Below, piece by piece: positions 34,128-43,614 of a DNA stretch of 50,559 bases. The translations under genes and the position numbers were made by a program. How positions within the stretch are numbered: position 1 is the stretch's first letter; each line of letters begins with the position of its first letter. The notes below the pieces were generated by a model. That model searched no databases. It saw only the letters and a list, made by a program, of their open reading frames with translations, and had not been told where the DNA came from. Source of the DNA: Thermodesulfovibrionales bacterium (GTDB lineage Bacteria > Nitrospirota > Thermodesulfovibrionia > Thermodesulfovibrionales > UBA6898); assembly GCA_020056455.1 (NCBI GenBank), contig JAGVHR010000015.1:1-50559 (forward strand), read 5' to 3'.

Positions 34128-36635
34128 TTAAGGCACGTAATATTGAATGATCAACTGAGGCCGGTACGCCTCTTCCGCCTCACCGCTGAAAAGGCTTAGA
34201 TAATCAGCGACCGAATCGTTGTTATCATCCAGCTTGAAACGCAGCCGGAGCTGTGTCAGGCCGGAGAGCGCGGATAATTTATTGATATAACCTTTGGCAA
34301 CAGTCAGATCAAAACTGTATACATCGCTGACCAGGGCAGGACTGAAGGGGCCATAAGTTTTGCTGCCTGCCCCCTGAAAGTCACTGATCTGCAATGCCGG
34401 CAAACCAAAGGTGCCTTTTCTGATGTCCGCCATAAAGCCCTGAAATGCAGTGACCGGATCGCCTTCGCCGGTGATATCCTGCTTCCTGACCCTGAGTGCG
34501 ACTTTTGTAATAACTGCGTCATCAGGGAGGCTGGAAGTGTCAAAAGATAAAATGGAGAGATACTGTTTTCCTGCTGCGTTGTCGCCCAGACGCAGTGCAG
34601 CAGTGTTGTTTTTTATTCCTCCCAGCCCAGTATTCTCTCCGGATTCCAATACCCATCCGTCCTGCGCATCATTGGAATTAAAAAAAGCAGAGATAACCGG
34701 GACCAGTTCTACATTTACACTGATGATCTCAAATTCAGCCCTGCCATGGTTTTCAAGCCTGATGGCCTTTAGGCCTGCTGTCGAATTGAATATATATTTC
34801 GGAGAAACCGACGGGTTTCCGCCAGTATTTTCAGTTATAGTTCCCACAAGTTCACTGCCTGCGTAAATGTTCAGATCAATATTTGATGAAGACCTGTATT
34901 GGATCCATATCCTGTATTTCCCATAAGTATTTACATCGAAATGATAAGCATACATCTCTTTGGGCCATAGCGTCGCAGCTCCGGTGCCTGATGGATGCCA
35001 ACTATTGGTCAGTGAAAAATCAGCTCCGTCTTTATACATGGGAAGTAAGGCGCCAAAAGTGTTTGTCCAGGGATGAGTTTGTTTCGACAATTGCAAAATA
35101 GCGTCATACTTGGGCGTTTCCAGGTCCCTGACAGTTCTGAGAAACCCTAAGCCATTTTCCCAGGTGGCGGTTAATGTGAAATACATAAGCAGTTTTCCGC
35201 CGTGTTGTTCATAGTACCTCTGATGGTCAAGAATATTCTGAGTTACCCAGGGTTGAAACCAGTCCGGATCATCCTGGCCGTCAAAATAGATACCCCCTTC
35301 GTAATTGCAATAGTTGATTCCATAAGCAGAGGCCAGTTTGGAATCCGTTTCAACAGCACTCCTGAAGCCCTGGTCCTGATTAACTGGAATATCATCATAA
35401 TATAAGGCGCCGCCTCCGCACCAGAGGTAATGATTGACAGGGTGAGGTTCAGTGTAGCCCCATTTGTTCGTCCCGTAATATCGCTGGATAAAGTTCAATT
35501 GTTGTATCGCAGTTGCCTGCCCGTTGTCGTACTGCCATGCCAGGACAGGACGAAAACGGGTCATCATCTGGTCGTTGCCAAAGGTGGCCCGGAATTGCCC
35601 GCTGATCTCAATAATGCGTTTGCCGATACGCCGCCATGCCCAATAATACGCATTGGTTTCGCCGTCAAAATTCAGAGGCGAATCGCCTGCATCCACTTCT
35701 GCAACAGCTTGTTCATAATTGTAAATAGTCTGATCAAAAATACCGTTCCACACCTCATTGCTGAATTCGATATAAAGTTTTCGCTCCTGCTCCAGCGGGG
35801 CAAAGCCGTTGCCCCCGTTTTTAATCAGATTGATGAGGGCGTTCACATATGCATCGGTTGCTTCTGCCGGGATATTTATCCAGCCGTCCTTGTCTGTCCT
35901 GTTCATCAGGTCTATCGCGTATTCCCAGGCAATGCCCTTGCCCTGCCATCCGTAATCGTCAGGGTGACTTTGTTGCGTGGCTACATTGGGCAGGGTCCGG
36001 TCCGACCAGTTTACGTCGTGATTCCAATTTGTGGCAGCAAAATCCATAAAACGGATTACCGGCACAGGCGCGAGCGCGGCCAGAAAATCACGATTCCAGA
36101 TTTCACCAAAACTATGGCCCGGCATCATCAACCTGACGTTTTTTACCCCGCCGTTTGTGCCGGTGAAAGCAAGATACATGTAGTTCGAACCGTCAAAAAC
36201 AACGTCGGCAGTGGTCGTATTGGTGGCTTCGCTATAGAGAATGTTCCGGATCGTTGAACCGTCAGCGAAAATGGAAGAAGCCCTGCCGGTAAACCTCAGG
36301 CGATAAGTCCCGGCCTTGCGATTAAGCCCATGCCAGACAAGGAATCTGCAGTCCTCAAGCGGCCAGCCTTTTAAATCCAGTGCCGCAGGAGTAGCACCGT
36401 CAGGCTTTTTTACTTCCCGGAATGTTTTCATAACATCCGCAAACATTTCAGAGGGGTCCCAGTCCAGTGCGCCAATGCCGGCGTTCATTCCAAGACGGGA
36501 TTTTTCAGCCGGCTGGACCAAAAGGGGAATTGCCCGCTGCTGGGCCGTTTGCTCTAAAGGCATGCCGGTCGCAAACGAGGTGAAAAAAAACAGTGCAAAA
36601 ACACAATTAAAAAATAAACCGAAGATATACTGCAT
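34128..36635 (-). CDS. Exported multi-domain protein with a clan GH-A-like TIM-barrel glycoside hydrolase core and C-terminal beta-sandwich / DNRLRE-like domain
   Basis: Signal peptide. The block LYIEFSNEVWN resembles the acid/base NE motif of clan GH-A hydrolases. The C-terminal 190 aa resemble carbohydrate-associated DNRLRE-type domains (YLSILSFDTSSLPDDAVITKVALRV). The family is not identified. Confidence 0.45.
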   Translation of the reverse strand: MQYIFGLFFNCVFALFFFTSFATGMPLEQTAQQRAIPLLVQPAEKSRLGMNAGIGALDWDPSEMFADVMKTFREVKKPDGATPAALDLKGWPLEDCRFLVWHGLNRKAGTYRLRFTGRASSIFADGSTIRNILYSEATNTTTADVVFDGSNYMYLAFTGTNGGVKNVRLMMPGHSFGEIWNRDFLAALAPVPVIRFMDFAATNWNHDVNWSDRTLPNVATQQSHPDDYGWQGKGIAWEYAIDLMNRTDKDGWINIPAEATDAYVNALINLIKNGGNGFAPLEQERKLYIEFSNEVWNGIFDQTIYNYEQAVAEVDAGDSPLNFDGETNAYYWAWRRIGKRIIEISGQFRATFGNDQMMTRFRPVLAWQYDNGQATAIQQLNFIQRYYGTNKWGYTEPHPVNHYLWCGGGALYYDDIPVNQDQGFRSAVETDSKLASAYGINYCNYEGGIYFDGQDDPDWFQPWVTQNILDHQRYYEQHGGKLLMYFTLTATWENGLGFLRTVRDLETPKYDAILQLSKQTHPWTNTFGALLPMYKDGADFSLTNSWHPSGTGAATLWPKEMYAYHFDVNTYGKYRIWIQYRSSSNIDLNIYAGSELVGTITENTGGNPSVSPKYIFNSTAGLKAIRLENHGRAEFEIISVNVELVPVISAFFNSNDAQDGWVLESGENTGLGGIKNNTAALRLGDNAAGKQYLSILSFDTSSLPDDAVITKVALRVRKQDITGEGDPVTAFQGFMADIRKGTFGLPALQISDFQGAGSKTYGPFSPALVSDVYSFDLTVAKGYINKLSALSGLTQLRLRFKLDDNNDSVADYLSLFSGEAEEAYRPQLIIQYYVP

Positions 36636-36668
36636 AGCTTTTCCTTAACGTTAATATGCGAAATTATT

Positions 36669-37391
36669 TCAGAAGTTGATGCCTATATCAGGGAACAGCC
36701 CGGTCAACAGCCGGATATTGTCGGTTAGCAGAAGAAGGCCGAAGGTGATCAGAACAATGCCGCTGGCAATCATAATAAACCGCATATATTTTCGTATTCT
36801 GAGCGCATAGCTCAGGAATGAGTTGAACATGAGCGATGATATAAAAAACGGCAGAGCAAGGCCCAAGGAATATACCGACAGCAGCTTTAATCCATATGCT
36901 GCTGATCCTTTTGAACCGGCGTAAAGGAGGATAGTCCCGAGTATCGGACCAATGCAGGGAGTCCAGGCTGCCGCAAAGGTCAAGCCTACCAGAAATGTCC
37001 CGATATATCCGGCAGGTTTTCCGGACAAGTGAAACCTCCGCTCACTTGTTAGAAAATTCAGCCTGATGATGCCTGAGACAAAGAGACCGAAAATAATAAC
37101 CAGCACGCCGCCGACAGTTCTGATCCAGTCCTGATACTTTAAAAGAGACCTGCCGATCATAGATGACGAAGCTCCCAATGCTATAAAAATAAGGGAGAAA
37201 CCTGCGATAAAGGCCAGTGAATTTGTTATGGTAAGAAAACGTATCCTCTTTCTGTCAGCGCCATCTTTCAGGTCTTCAAAGGATACGCCTGTAATGAAGG
37301 TGATATAAGACGGCACCAGCGGCAACACGCATGGAGAAAGAAAGGAAAGAACGCCTGCAACAAATGCAAGTGAAAAAGAAACATCTTTCAT
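36669..37391 (-). CDS. ccdA: Cytochrome c biogenesis / thiol:disulfide electron transporter CcdA (DsbD-family membrane protein)
   Basis: LSFLSPCVLPLVPSY and AAWTPCIGPILG signature cysteines. Six TM helices. Confidence 0.85.
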   Translation of the reverse strand: MKDVSFSLAFVAGVLSFLSPCVLPLVPSYITFITGVSFEDLKDGADRKRIRFLTITNSLAFIAGFSLIFIALGASSSMIGRSLLKYQDWIRTVGGVLVIIFGLFVSGIIRLNFLTSERRFHLSGKPAGYIGTFLVGLTFAAAWTPCIGPILGTILLYAGSKGSAAYGLKLLSVYSLGLALPFFISSLMFNSFLSYALRIRKYMRFIMIASGIVLITFGLLLLTDNIRLLTGLFPDIGINF

Positions 37392-37888
37392 GGCCTGGCT
37401 CCTTCAGACGCAGCACAGTCCTCAGTGCCTCCCTTGATTTTCTCAATGGCATGCGGTTTGACATCCAAAACCGCTTCAAGCCCTTCCTTTACAGCCTTGG
37501 GGCTGCCGGGCAGATTAATTATAAGCGTATTTCCCCGGATGCCGGCCACAGCGCGCGAAAGCATTGCCCTGTTCGTCTTTTTAAGACCTTCCAGTCTCAT
37601 CGCCTCTGCAATACCCGGAATTTCCCTGTCCAATATCTCAAGTGTCGCGTCAGGCGTCAGATCACGGGGGGACAACCCTGTGCCGCCTGTTGTGATGATA
37701 AGATCAACGCGCCCGCTGTATTCGATAAGCCAGGACTTTATCAATTCCTTTTCGTCAGGGATGATTTCGTAATGCAGCACTTCTGCACTGATCCTTCCGA
37801 TCATCTCCCTGATCAGAGGCCCTCCGAGGTCCTCGCGTTCCCCCTTCGCGCCCTTGTCGCTCAAGGTAAGGATTGCCGCGCTAATCAT
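37388..37888 (-). CDS. Molybdenum cofactor biosynthesis protein, MogA/MoaB family
   Basis: LTLSDKGA, ITTGGTGLSPRD and LPGSPKA motifs. Start placed at MISAAIL (ATG at 37888) because the upstream extension overlaps cooC. Confidence 0.85.
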   Translation of the reverse strand: MISAAILTLSDKGAKGEREDLGGPLIREMIGRISAEVLHYEIIPDEKELIKSWLIEYSGRVDLIITTGGTGLSPRDLTPDATLEILDREIPGIAEAMRLEGLKKTNRAMLSRAVAGIRGNTLIINLPGSPKAVKEGLEAVLDVKPHAIEKIKGGTEDCAASEGARP

Positions 37889-38657
37889 GGTCCGGTATCC
37901 CAAGCTCATCCAGAATCGAAAAGACAGCCTGCACCGCAGGTGAACTCTCAGGAAGCTCACAAATGGCCTTTCCCGCGAGGTCGTTGTCAAAAACACCTCT
38001 GTCCTGGGGCACAAGCCCTGCCACAGCAAGCCCAAGGCCCTCTGCCAGCGCCTTCAGCTCAGCGCCCTCGTTGCCAGAGACGCGGTTAATGATGAGCGCA
38101 TATTTATCTATATCCAGGGCAAGTTCCTTTACCAGGTCGGCAATCCTTCCTGCAGTCCTGATGCCCCGCACAGTCGGGTCGCTCACGATCAGAAGCATAT
38201 CAACTTTATGAGTAGTGCGCCTGCTCAGGTGTTCCATGCCTGCCTCATTGTCGATAACAACATAGGGATAGGTTTCAGAAAGCTTGTCCGTATATTTTCT
38301 GATAATGTTGTTGGCTGCGCAGTAGCAGCCGGGCCCTTCAGGCCTGCCCATTACCATGAGATCAAACCCCCTGGCCTCAATAACGGATTGTTGCACCTGA
38401 TAGTCAAACAACTGCTCCATGGACATACCGCCCGGTCGCTGCCCACCGCTGCGTATGGTTTCGAGGGATTCCTCGCGCAAGCGTCCGATGGTAGCATGGA
38501 CAGCAACGCCAAGGGCCTCGTTGAGGCAGGCATTGCTGTCGGCATCCACGGCCAGCACAGGCTTCTTCTTCTTTTCCACGATATATCTTACGGTGAGGCC
38601 TGCAATGCTCGTCTTGCCTGTTCCACCCTTTCCTGCCAATGCTATAACATATGCCAT
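37881..38657 (-). CDS. cooC: CooC/AcsF-type nickel-insertion ATPase (MinD/ParA superfamily)
   Basis: Deviant Walker A (ALAGKGGTGKTS). CXC metal motif (PGCYCAANN). 258 aa. Confidence 0.75.
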   Translation of the reverse strand: MAYVIALAGKGGTGKTSIAGLTVRYIVEKKKKPVLAVDADSNACLNEALGVAVHATIGRLREESLETIRSGGQRPGGMSMEQLFDYQVQQSVIEARGFDLMVMGRPEGPGCYCAANNIIRKYTDKLSETYPYVVIDNEAGMEHLSRRTTHKVDMLLIVSDPTVRGIRTAGRIADLVKELALDIDKYALIINRVSGNEGAELKALAEGLGLAVAGLVPQDRGVFDNDLAGKAICELPESSPAVQAVFSILDELGIPDHD

Positions 38658-38709
38658 ATATTCTTACCTCTCGTTTTTGCCGTCAGATCAGTAAATGCAT
38701 TCCCTATCT

Positions 38710-39441
38710 TTATGGACCTATTGCCTTGAACATCTCCCTCACCTCAACCATCTTGCCGCAGGTATATTCACCTTCCGGGCACGGGCCGCTCACGCAGGCA
38801 GGACCACTGCCCGCAAACACCACAGGCGCTACGACACTCACCAGTTTGAGCATCTCCGTAGCCATTGCCCTGATTTCCCATTGAGCGCGGCTGCAACACC
38901 TCTGCCTGAAAAAATGCAGCAGCTCACGCGCATTCATCGTAATCATAATTTTTGTCTCACAGGCATTAGGCAATACAAAGCGGGCATCCTGGTTGGCTGC
39001 CTCGCCATTTATCCCTTTCCTGTTGAGTTTCTTTACAATGTGATTATATGCCTTTTGGGTTTTTGCCATGAATTCAGTAAAATATTGTTCAAGATCTTCA
39101 TCACCTTTGATCGTCTCGGGAATAACATAATCAAACCCCGCCTCTTCGCTGACATAACGTTGTGACTGCTGAGAATAACTTGCCAAACGGTGCCGCACCA
39201 GCTGGTGGGAACATGCGCGGGAAATGCCCTCAACCGCAAAGGTGAACGAGGCATGCTCAATAGGGCTCATATGGCCCATATTCATGAGCTTCTTAACAAA
39301 TCCCTTCTGGTCCTTTGCGGCAATCTTTCTTTTCAGGGAGCCGATATCAGAGGGACTGTAGCAAAGCTTTGCGGCTATAGCTATGGTCTCCTCAGGATTC
39401 GGGGTATTGGAAAGAAGGACAACCTTTAGTTTCGTTTCCAC
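38710..39441 (-). CDS. thyX: Flavin-dependent thymidylate synthase ThyX
   Basis: ThyX motif RHRLASYSQQSQRY. 243 aa with a Cys-containing C-terminal tail. Confidence 0.9.
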   Translation of the reverse strand: METKLKVVLLSNTPNPEETIAIAAKLCYSPSDIGSLKRKIAAKDQKGFVKKLMNMGHMSPIEHASFTFAVEGISRACSHQLVRHRLASYSQQSQRYVSEEAGFDYVIPETIKGDEDLEQYFTEFMAKTQKAYNHIVKKLNRKGINGEAANQDARFVLPNACETKIMITMNARELLHFFRQRCCSRAQWEIRAMATEMLKLVSVVAPVVFAGSGPACVSGPCPEGEYTCGKMVEVREMFKAIGP

Positions 39442-39450
39442 AGTATTCTC

Positions 39451-40575
39451 CTATATGGTGTTCGGTTTCCATTGCTCAACGAATTTTCCGTCCCTGGTGA
39501 CCCATACGACATATGGGGCCACGGTAACATCGCCCTGCTCATTGAACCTTATCTTTCCCATAGCGCCGTTGAACTCCATTGAATGGAGCATCTCAATGAT
39601 CTTCAGGCCTTCAGCACCCTTGGCCTCCCTGATCGCAGCAAGCATAATGTTGGCTGCATCATACGCGTAGATCGAATAAGGGCCGATCTCGCCGAACTTT
39701 GTATTATACCTGCTGATGAAATCCCTGGCAGATGCGATATTCTTCGGATCAGGACTAAAGGTAAGAAAAGTGCCCTCTGCTGCCTGAGCGCCTGCAATCT
39801 CCACGAATTTAGGGTCAATTGAGCCATCACCGCTCATAAACGGGGCCTTTATGCCGAGTTCGCGGGCCTGCCGCACAAGAAGGCCCATTTCGGTATATAT
39901 GCCACCAAAAAAGATAAGCTCAGGTTTCTTCTCCCTGATTGTAGTAAGAACGCCTTTAAAATCCTTGTCTCCCTGTATAATTCCTCCGGAAAAGACAATA
40001 GTGACCTCATCGCCAAGGGCTTTCCTGAATTCATCCGCAAGGCCCTGCCCATACGTGGTCTTGTCATGAATTATAGCGATATTTCTGACCTTGAGCTGAC
40101 TGTTCACAAAGTCGGCGCCTACCTTGCCCTGCTGATCGTCCCTGCCGCACACCCTGAATACACCCTTATATCCCTTTTCCGTAAGCTGAGGATTTGTGGA
40201 CCCCGGAGAGATCATTGGAATCCGGGCCCTGTCATACACATCAGAAGCAGGGATGGAGCAGCTTGAATTAAAGTGGCCGATAATCCCCACTGCGCCCTCG
40301 TTAACGAGCTTGTTGGCAACTGAGACAGCCTGTTTGGGGTCGTGCTGATCGTCGCCGATGAGCAGTTCTATCTTCTTGCCTGAGACGCCGCCCTTAGCGT
40401 TCCATTCCTCAACAGCAAGCGCAACACCATTTTTAAAGTCAGCGCCCATCTTGGACTGGTCGCCGGTCATAGGACCTGCAACTCCTATCCTTATTGTATC
40501 GCTCTGCTTCCGGCATCCTGCCATAACAACAAGAACCAGGACAACACATAACAGAGCTGCAAATGTCTTTCTCAT
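39451..40575 (-). CDS. Branched-chain amino acid ABC transporter substrate-binding lipoprotein (LivJ/LivK family)
   Basis: Lipobox VMAGC. Type I periplasmic-binding-fold blocks (IGVAGPMTG, VGIIGHFNS). No permease or ATPase genes adjacent. Confidence 0.8.
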   Translation of the reverse strand: MRKTFAALLCVVLVLVVMAGCRKQSDTIRIGVAGPMTGDQSKMGADFKNGVALAVEEWNAKGGVSGKKIELLIGDDQHDPKQAVSVANKLVNEGAVGIIGHFNSSCSIPASDVYDRARIPMISPGSTNPQLTEKGYKGVFRVCGRDDQQGKVGADFVNSQLKVRNIAIIHDKTTYGQGLADEFRKALGDEVTIVFSGGIIQGDKDFKGVLTTIREKKPELIFFGGIYTEMGLLVRQARELGIKAPFMSGDGSIDPKFVEIAGAQAAEGTFLTFSPDPKNIASARDFISRYNTKFGEIGPYSIYAYDAANIMLAAIREAKGAEGLKIIEMLHSMEFNGAMGKIRFNEQGDVTVAPYVVWVTRDGKFVEQWKPNTI

Positions 40576-40600
40576 AATTTCCTCCCAGGGTTAGTTAACC

Positions 40601-41215
40601 TTATTGATGCATTTGAATTATCCGGACTAATTCTTTCGCGTTTTGCGAGATGTCACCCCTGCAGACAGCAGTTGCAACTGCTACAGCGTCAGCGCCTGAA
40701 TTCAATACCGACGATAAATTTTCAGGCCCGATGCCGCCGATAGCCACAACCGGAATATTGACATTCTGTTTGATTACCCTGATTATGTCAACCCCTTTAG
40801 GAGCGCCGGCATCCTTTGTCGTTGTGTGGAAAACAGGGCCAAAACCTATATAATCAGCGCCGCCTGCTTCAGCGTCCTTTGCCTGGTCCAGGCTGTGTGT
40901 TGAAATGCCGATAATGCGGTCGCCCATTATCTTCCTTGCCTCCCTCAGGGGGAGATCGTCCTGGCCGAGATGCACGCCGTCCGCTTCAACTGCAAGCGCG
41001 ATATCCGCATGGTCATTGATGATCAGGACGGCATTGAACAGACGGGTCAATTCCCTGAGCCTCACAGCTTCCTCATAAATCTCACGTCTGGTCCTGTCTT
41101 TTTCGCGGTACTGGACAAAGGTAACGCCGGCCTCGAGGACCAGTCTTACCATCTCATGCAGCGGAAGGACGCAACAGGTCCTGTCAGTGATGAAGCAGAT
41201 GCCGTTTAGATACAT
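40601..41215 (-). CDS. thiE: Thiamine-phosphate synthase
   Basis: VQYREK, INDHADIALAVEADGVHLGQDD and AIGGI motifs. Confidence 0.9.
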   Translation of the reverse strand: MYLNGICFITDRTCCVLPLHEMVRLVLEAGVTFVQYREKDRTRREIYEEAVRLRELTRLFNAVLIINDHADIALAVEADGVHLGQDDLPLREARKIMGDRIIGISTHSLDQAKDAEAGGADYIGFGPVFHTTTKDAGAPKGVDIIRVIKQNVNIPVVAIGGIGPENLSSVLNSGADAVAVATAVCRGDISQNAKELVRIIQMHQ

Positions 41216-41228
41216 CCGGTGACTAAAG

Positions 41229-42593
41229 CTATTTAGTGGCCGGCTGTGGAGGGTTGTTCATCTTTTCCACAAGCCCGGTATTGAAATTGCCGCTTACAAA
41301 GTCTGGATCATTCATGACCTTTTTGTGAAACGGTATGGTCGTCTTGATGCCTTCAATAAAGAACTCGTCCAGCGCCCTTTTCATGCGGCTGATCGCTTCC
41401 TCTCTGTTTCGGCCATACACGATAAGCTTTGCCACAAGAGAATCATAATGGGAAGGTATAACGCAGCCATTGTAAGCAGCCGTGTCAACGCGCACTCCCG
41501 GGCCTCCCGGAAGAGACAGAAAAGTTATCCTGCCTGGCGAGGGGATAAAGCGCTCGGGATCCTCTGCATTTATCCTGCACTCAATGGAATGGCCTGTAAT
41601 CTTAACCTGCGGCTGCTTCAATTCAAGGGGAAAACCGGCAGCCACCCTGATCTGCTCTTTAACAATATCAATACCCGTAACATATTCCGTCACAGGGTGC
41701 TCGACCTGAAGGCGGGTATTGATCTCCATGAAGTATATATTCCCATCCGGCTCGACAATAAACTCTACAGTGCCTGCATTCCTGTATTTAAGCGCCCGGG
41801 CCGCCTTTACCGCGTATTCTCCGATCTTCTTTCTGAACTTTTCAGAGGCATAGGGTGAAGGCGCTTCCTCGACCAGCTTCTGATGACGACGCTGCACAGA
41901 ACAGTCTCGCTCCCCGAGATGCAGGATATTACCCTTGTTGTCGGCAATGATCTGGACCTCAATATGGCGCATTACCGCTATATATTTCTCCATATAGAGT
42001 TCTCCGTTGCCAAAGGCAGTCAGCGCCTCTCTCTGTGCCATATAAAAGAGTTTTTCAAGCTCCGCCTCTTCTCTGACAATTCGCATACCGCGGCCTCCAC
42101 CGCCGGCAGAAGCCTTGATGATTACAGGAAAGCCTATCTTTTTGGCAGTCTTCAGCGCTGCCTCCTCAGTAACCACAGGGCCTTCACTGCCGGGGACAAC
42201 CGGGACCCCTCTTCTTTTCATTGTCTGTCGGGCCTTTGCCTTGTCGCCTCCGAGTCTGATCGTCTCGGCTAACGGGCCTATAAACGTTATGCCTGAAGAA
42301 AGACAGGTCTCCGCGAACTGCGCGTTTTCCGAAAGAAAACCGTAGCCCGGATGGATTGCCTCCGCGTCCGTGATCTCAGCCGCAGAAAGGATGCTCGGGA
42401 TATTATTGTAACTCTGGGCAGTACCGGCAGGCCCTACGCAGACGGAATCATCAGCAAGCTTTACATGCAGCGACTCCCTGTCAGCCTCCGAATAGATCGC
42501 GACAGTCCTGATGCCGAGTTCCCTGCAGGCGCGTATTACCCTGACCGCTATCTCCCCCCGGTTGGCTATCAATATTTTTTTGAAAAGTTTCAT
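41229..42593 (-). CDS. accC: Acetyl-CoA carboxylase, biotin carboxylase subunit
   Basis: [16 protein letters not shown]-grasp blocks, EMNTR-type motif ([15 protein letters not shown]). 454 aa. Confidence 0.95.
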   Translation of the reverse strand: MKLFKKILIANRGEIAVRVIRACRELGIRTVAIYSEADRESLHVKLADDSVCVGPAGTAQSYNNIPSILSAAEITDAEAIHPGYGFLSENAQFAETCLSSGITFIGPLAETIRLGGDKAKARQTMKRRGVPVVPGSEGPVVTEEAALKTAKKIGFPVIIKASAGGGGRGMRIVREEAELEKLFYMAQREALTAFGNGELYMEKYIAVMRHIEVQIIADNKGNILHLGERDCSVQRRHQKLVEEAPSPYASEKFRKKIGEYAVKAARALKYRNAGTVEFIVEPDGNIYFMEINTRLQVEHPVTEYVTGIDIVKEQIRVAAGFPLELKQPQVKITGHSIECRINAEDPERFIPSPGRITFLSLPGGPGVRVDTAAYNGCVIPSHYDSLVAKLIVYGRNREEAISRMKRALDEFFIEGIKTTIPFHKKVMNDPDFVSGNFNTGLVEKMNNPPQPATK

Positions 42594-43036
42594 ACAGGCT
42601 CAACGAGAAAGAGAGGTTCGCCATATTCGACAGGCTGCCCATTGTCAACAAGGGACTTCACCACTATCCCGTCAACCTCGCACTCGATCTCATTCATCAG
42701 TTTCATGGCCTCGATTATACAGAGCACCTGGCCCTTCTTCACCTTCTGCCCTATCTCGACAAATACCGGGGCCTCAGGAGAAGGCGAGCGGTAGAAGGTG
42801 CCGACAATAGGAGATGTAACAGTGATAAGCCTCTGTTCCGGCTCTTCAGAAATAGCCTCCCTGATAATTGTTTCCTGCCCCTGCGCCATAGACGGCCTGT
42901 GAGCAGGCATATCAAAGGACTGGATAAATTTCTCACGTTTGATCTTTACCTTTGTTCCGTCCTTCTCAACCTGCAGTTCGGTAATATCGGTTTCCTTGAG
43001 AAGTTCAATTATCTCTTTGAGGTCCTCAAGCTCCAT
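42590..43036 (-). CDS. accB: Biotin carboxyl carrier protein
   Basis: Biotinylation motif EAMKLMNEI. 4-nt overlap with accC. Confidence 0.9.
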   Translation of the reverse strand: MELEDLKEIIELLKETDITELQVEKDGTKVKIKREKFIQSFDMPAHRPSMAQGQETIIREAISEEPEQRLITVTSPIVGTFYRSPSPEAPVFVEIGQKVKKGQVLCIIEAMKLMNEIECEVDGIVVKSLVDNGQPVEYGEPLFLVEPV

Positions 43037-43599
43037 TATTTTACCCTTTCTATATATTCGGACGTCCTCGTATCGACCTTTATAGTATCTCCTTCGCTGA
43101 TATGGTAGGGGACCCTCACGACCGCCCCGGTCTCAAGTGTTGCAGGTTTGCCGCCGCCTGACGTGGTGTCGCCCTTAAAGCCGGCAGGATCTGTTTTTGC
43201 CACAGCCAGAACAATAAAGGTAGGCAGTTCCACATTGAGGGGTTCCCCTTTATAATAGAGTATTCTGACCTCTGTATTTTCCTTCAGAAAGAGCTTCTTG
43301 TCTCCAAGTTGCTGCTCTCTGAGATGGATCTGTTCATAGGTCTCCTGGTCCATGAAAATATATTCATCGCCCTGGGAATAAAGAAATTGCATTTTCTTTT
43401 CCTCAAGCCCTGCAGGAGGGAACTTCTCTCCTGACCTGATCGTCTCTTCAATAACGCCTCCGGTCTTGAGGTTCTTCATCTTTGTCTTGACGTTAGCGCC
43501 GCCTCTGCCCATCTTTACATGCTGAAAATCTATGATCTCATAGGGATCGCCCTTGTACTCGATTTTCGCACCTTTTCTAAAATCACTCGTTGCTATCAA
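43036..43599 (-). CDS. efp: Translation elongation factor P (Arg at the tip-loop modification position)
   Basis: Full-length similarity to EF-P (DFRKG...FQHVK.G.G.A...K.KNL.TG). TTG start preceded by AAGGAGG. The loop reads KMGRGGA. Confidence 0.9.
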   Translation of the reverse strand: MIATSDFRKGAKIEYKGDPYEIIDFQHVKMGRGGANVKTKMKNLKTGGVIEETIRSGEKFPPAGLEEKKMQFLYSQGDEYIFMDQETYEQIHLREQQLGDKKLFLKENTEVRILYYKGEPLNVELPTFIVLAVAKTDPAGFKGDTTSGGGKPATLETGAVVRVPYHISEGDTIKVDTRTSEYIERVK

Positions 43600-43614
43600 T
43601 TGCCTCTTCCTCCT

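Noticed and set aside
37889-38035. N-terminal extension of the MogA/MoaB ORF (215-aa version)
   Set aside because: The extension lies entirely inside the cooC coding region in a different frame. The conserved MogA fold starts at MISAAILTLSDKG.
771-38729. Many long ORFs on the strand opposite the annotated genes (for example 771-1226, 9873-10547, 11118-11900, 13950-14588, 23639-24160, 35430-36257, 37331-38089, 38208-38729)
   Set aside because: All lie inside stronger, motif-bearing genes on the other strand. They have biased Ser/Arg/Pro/Leu-rich low-complexity translations and lack RBS-like sequences. They are interpreted as shadow ORFs.
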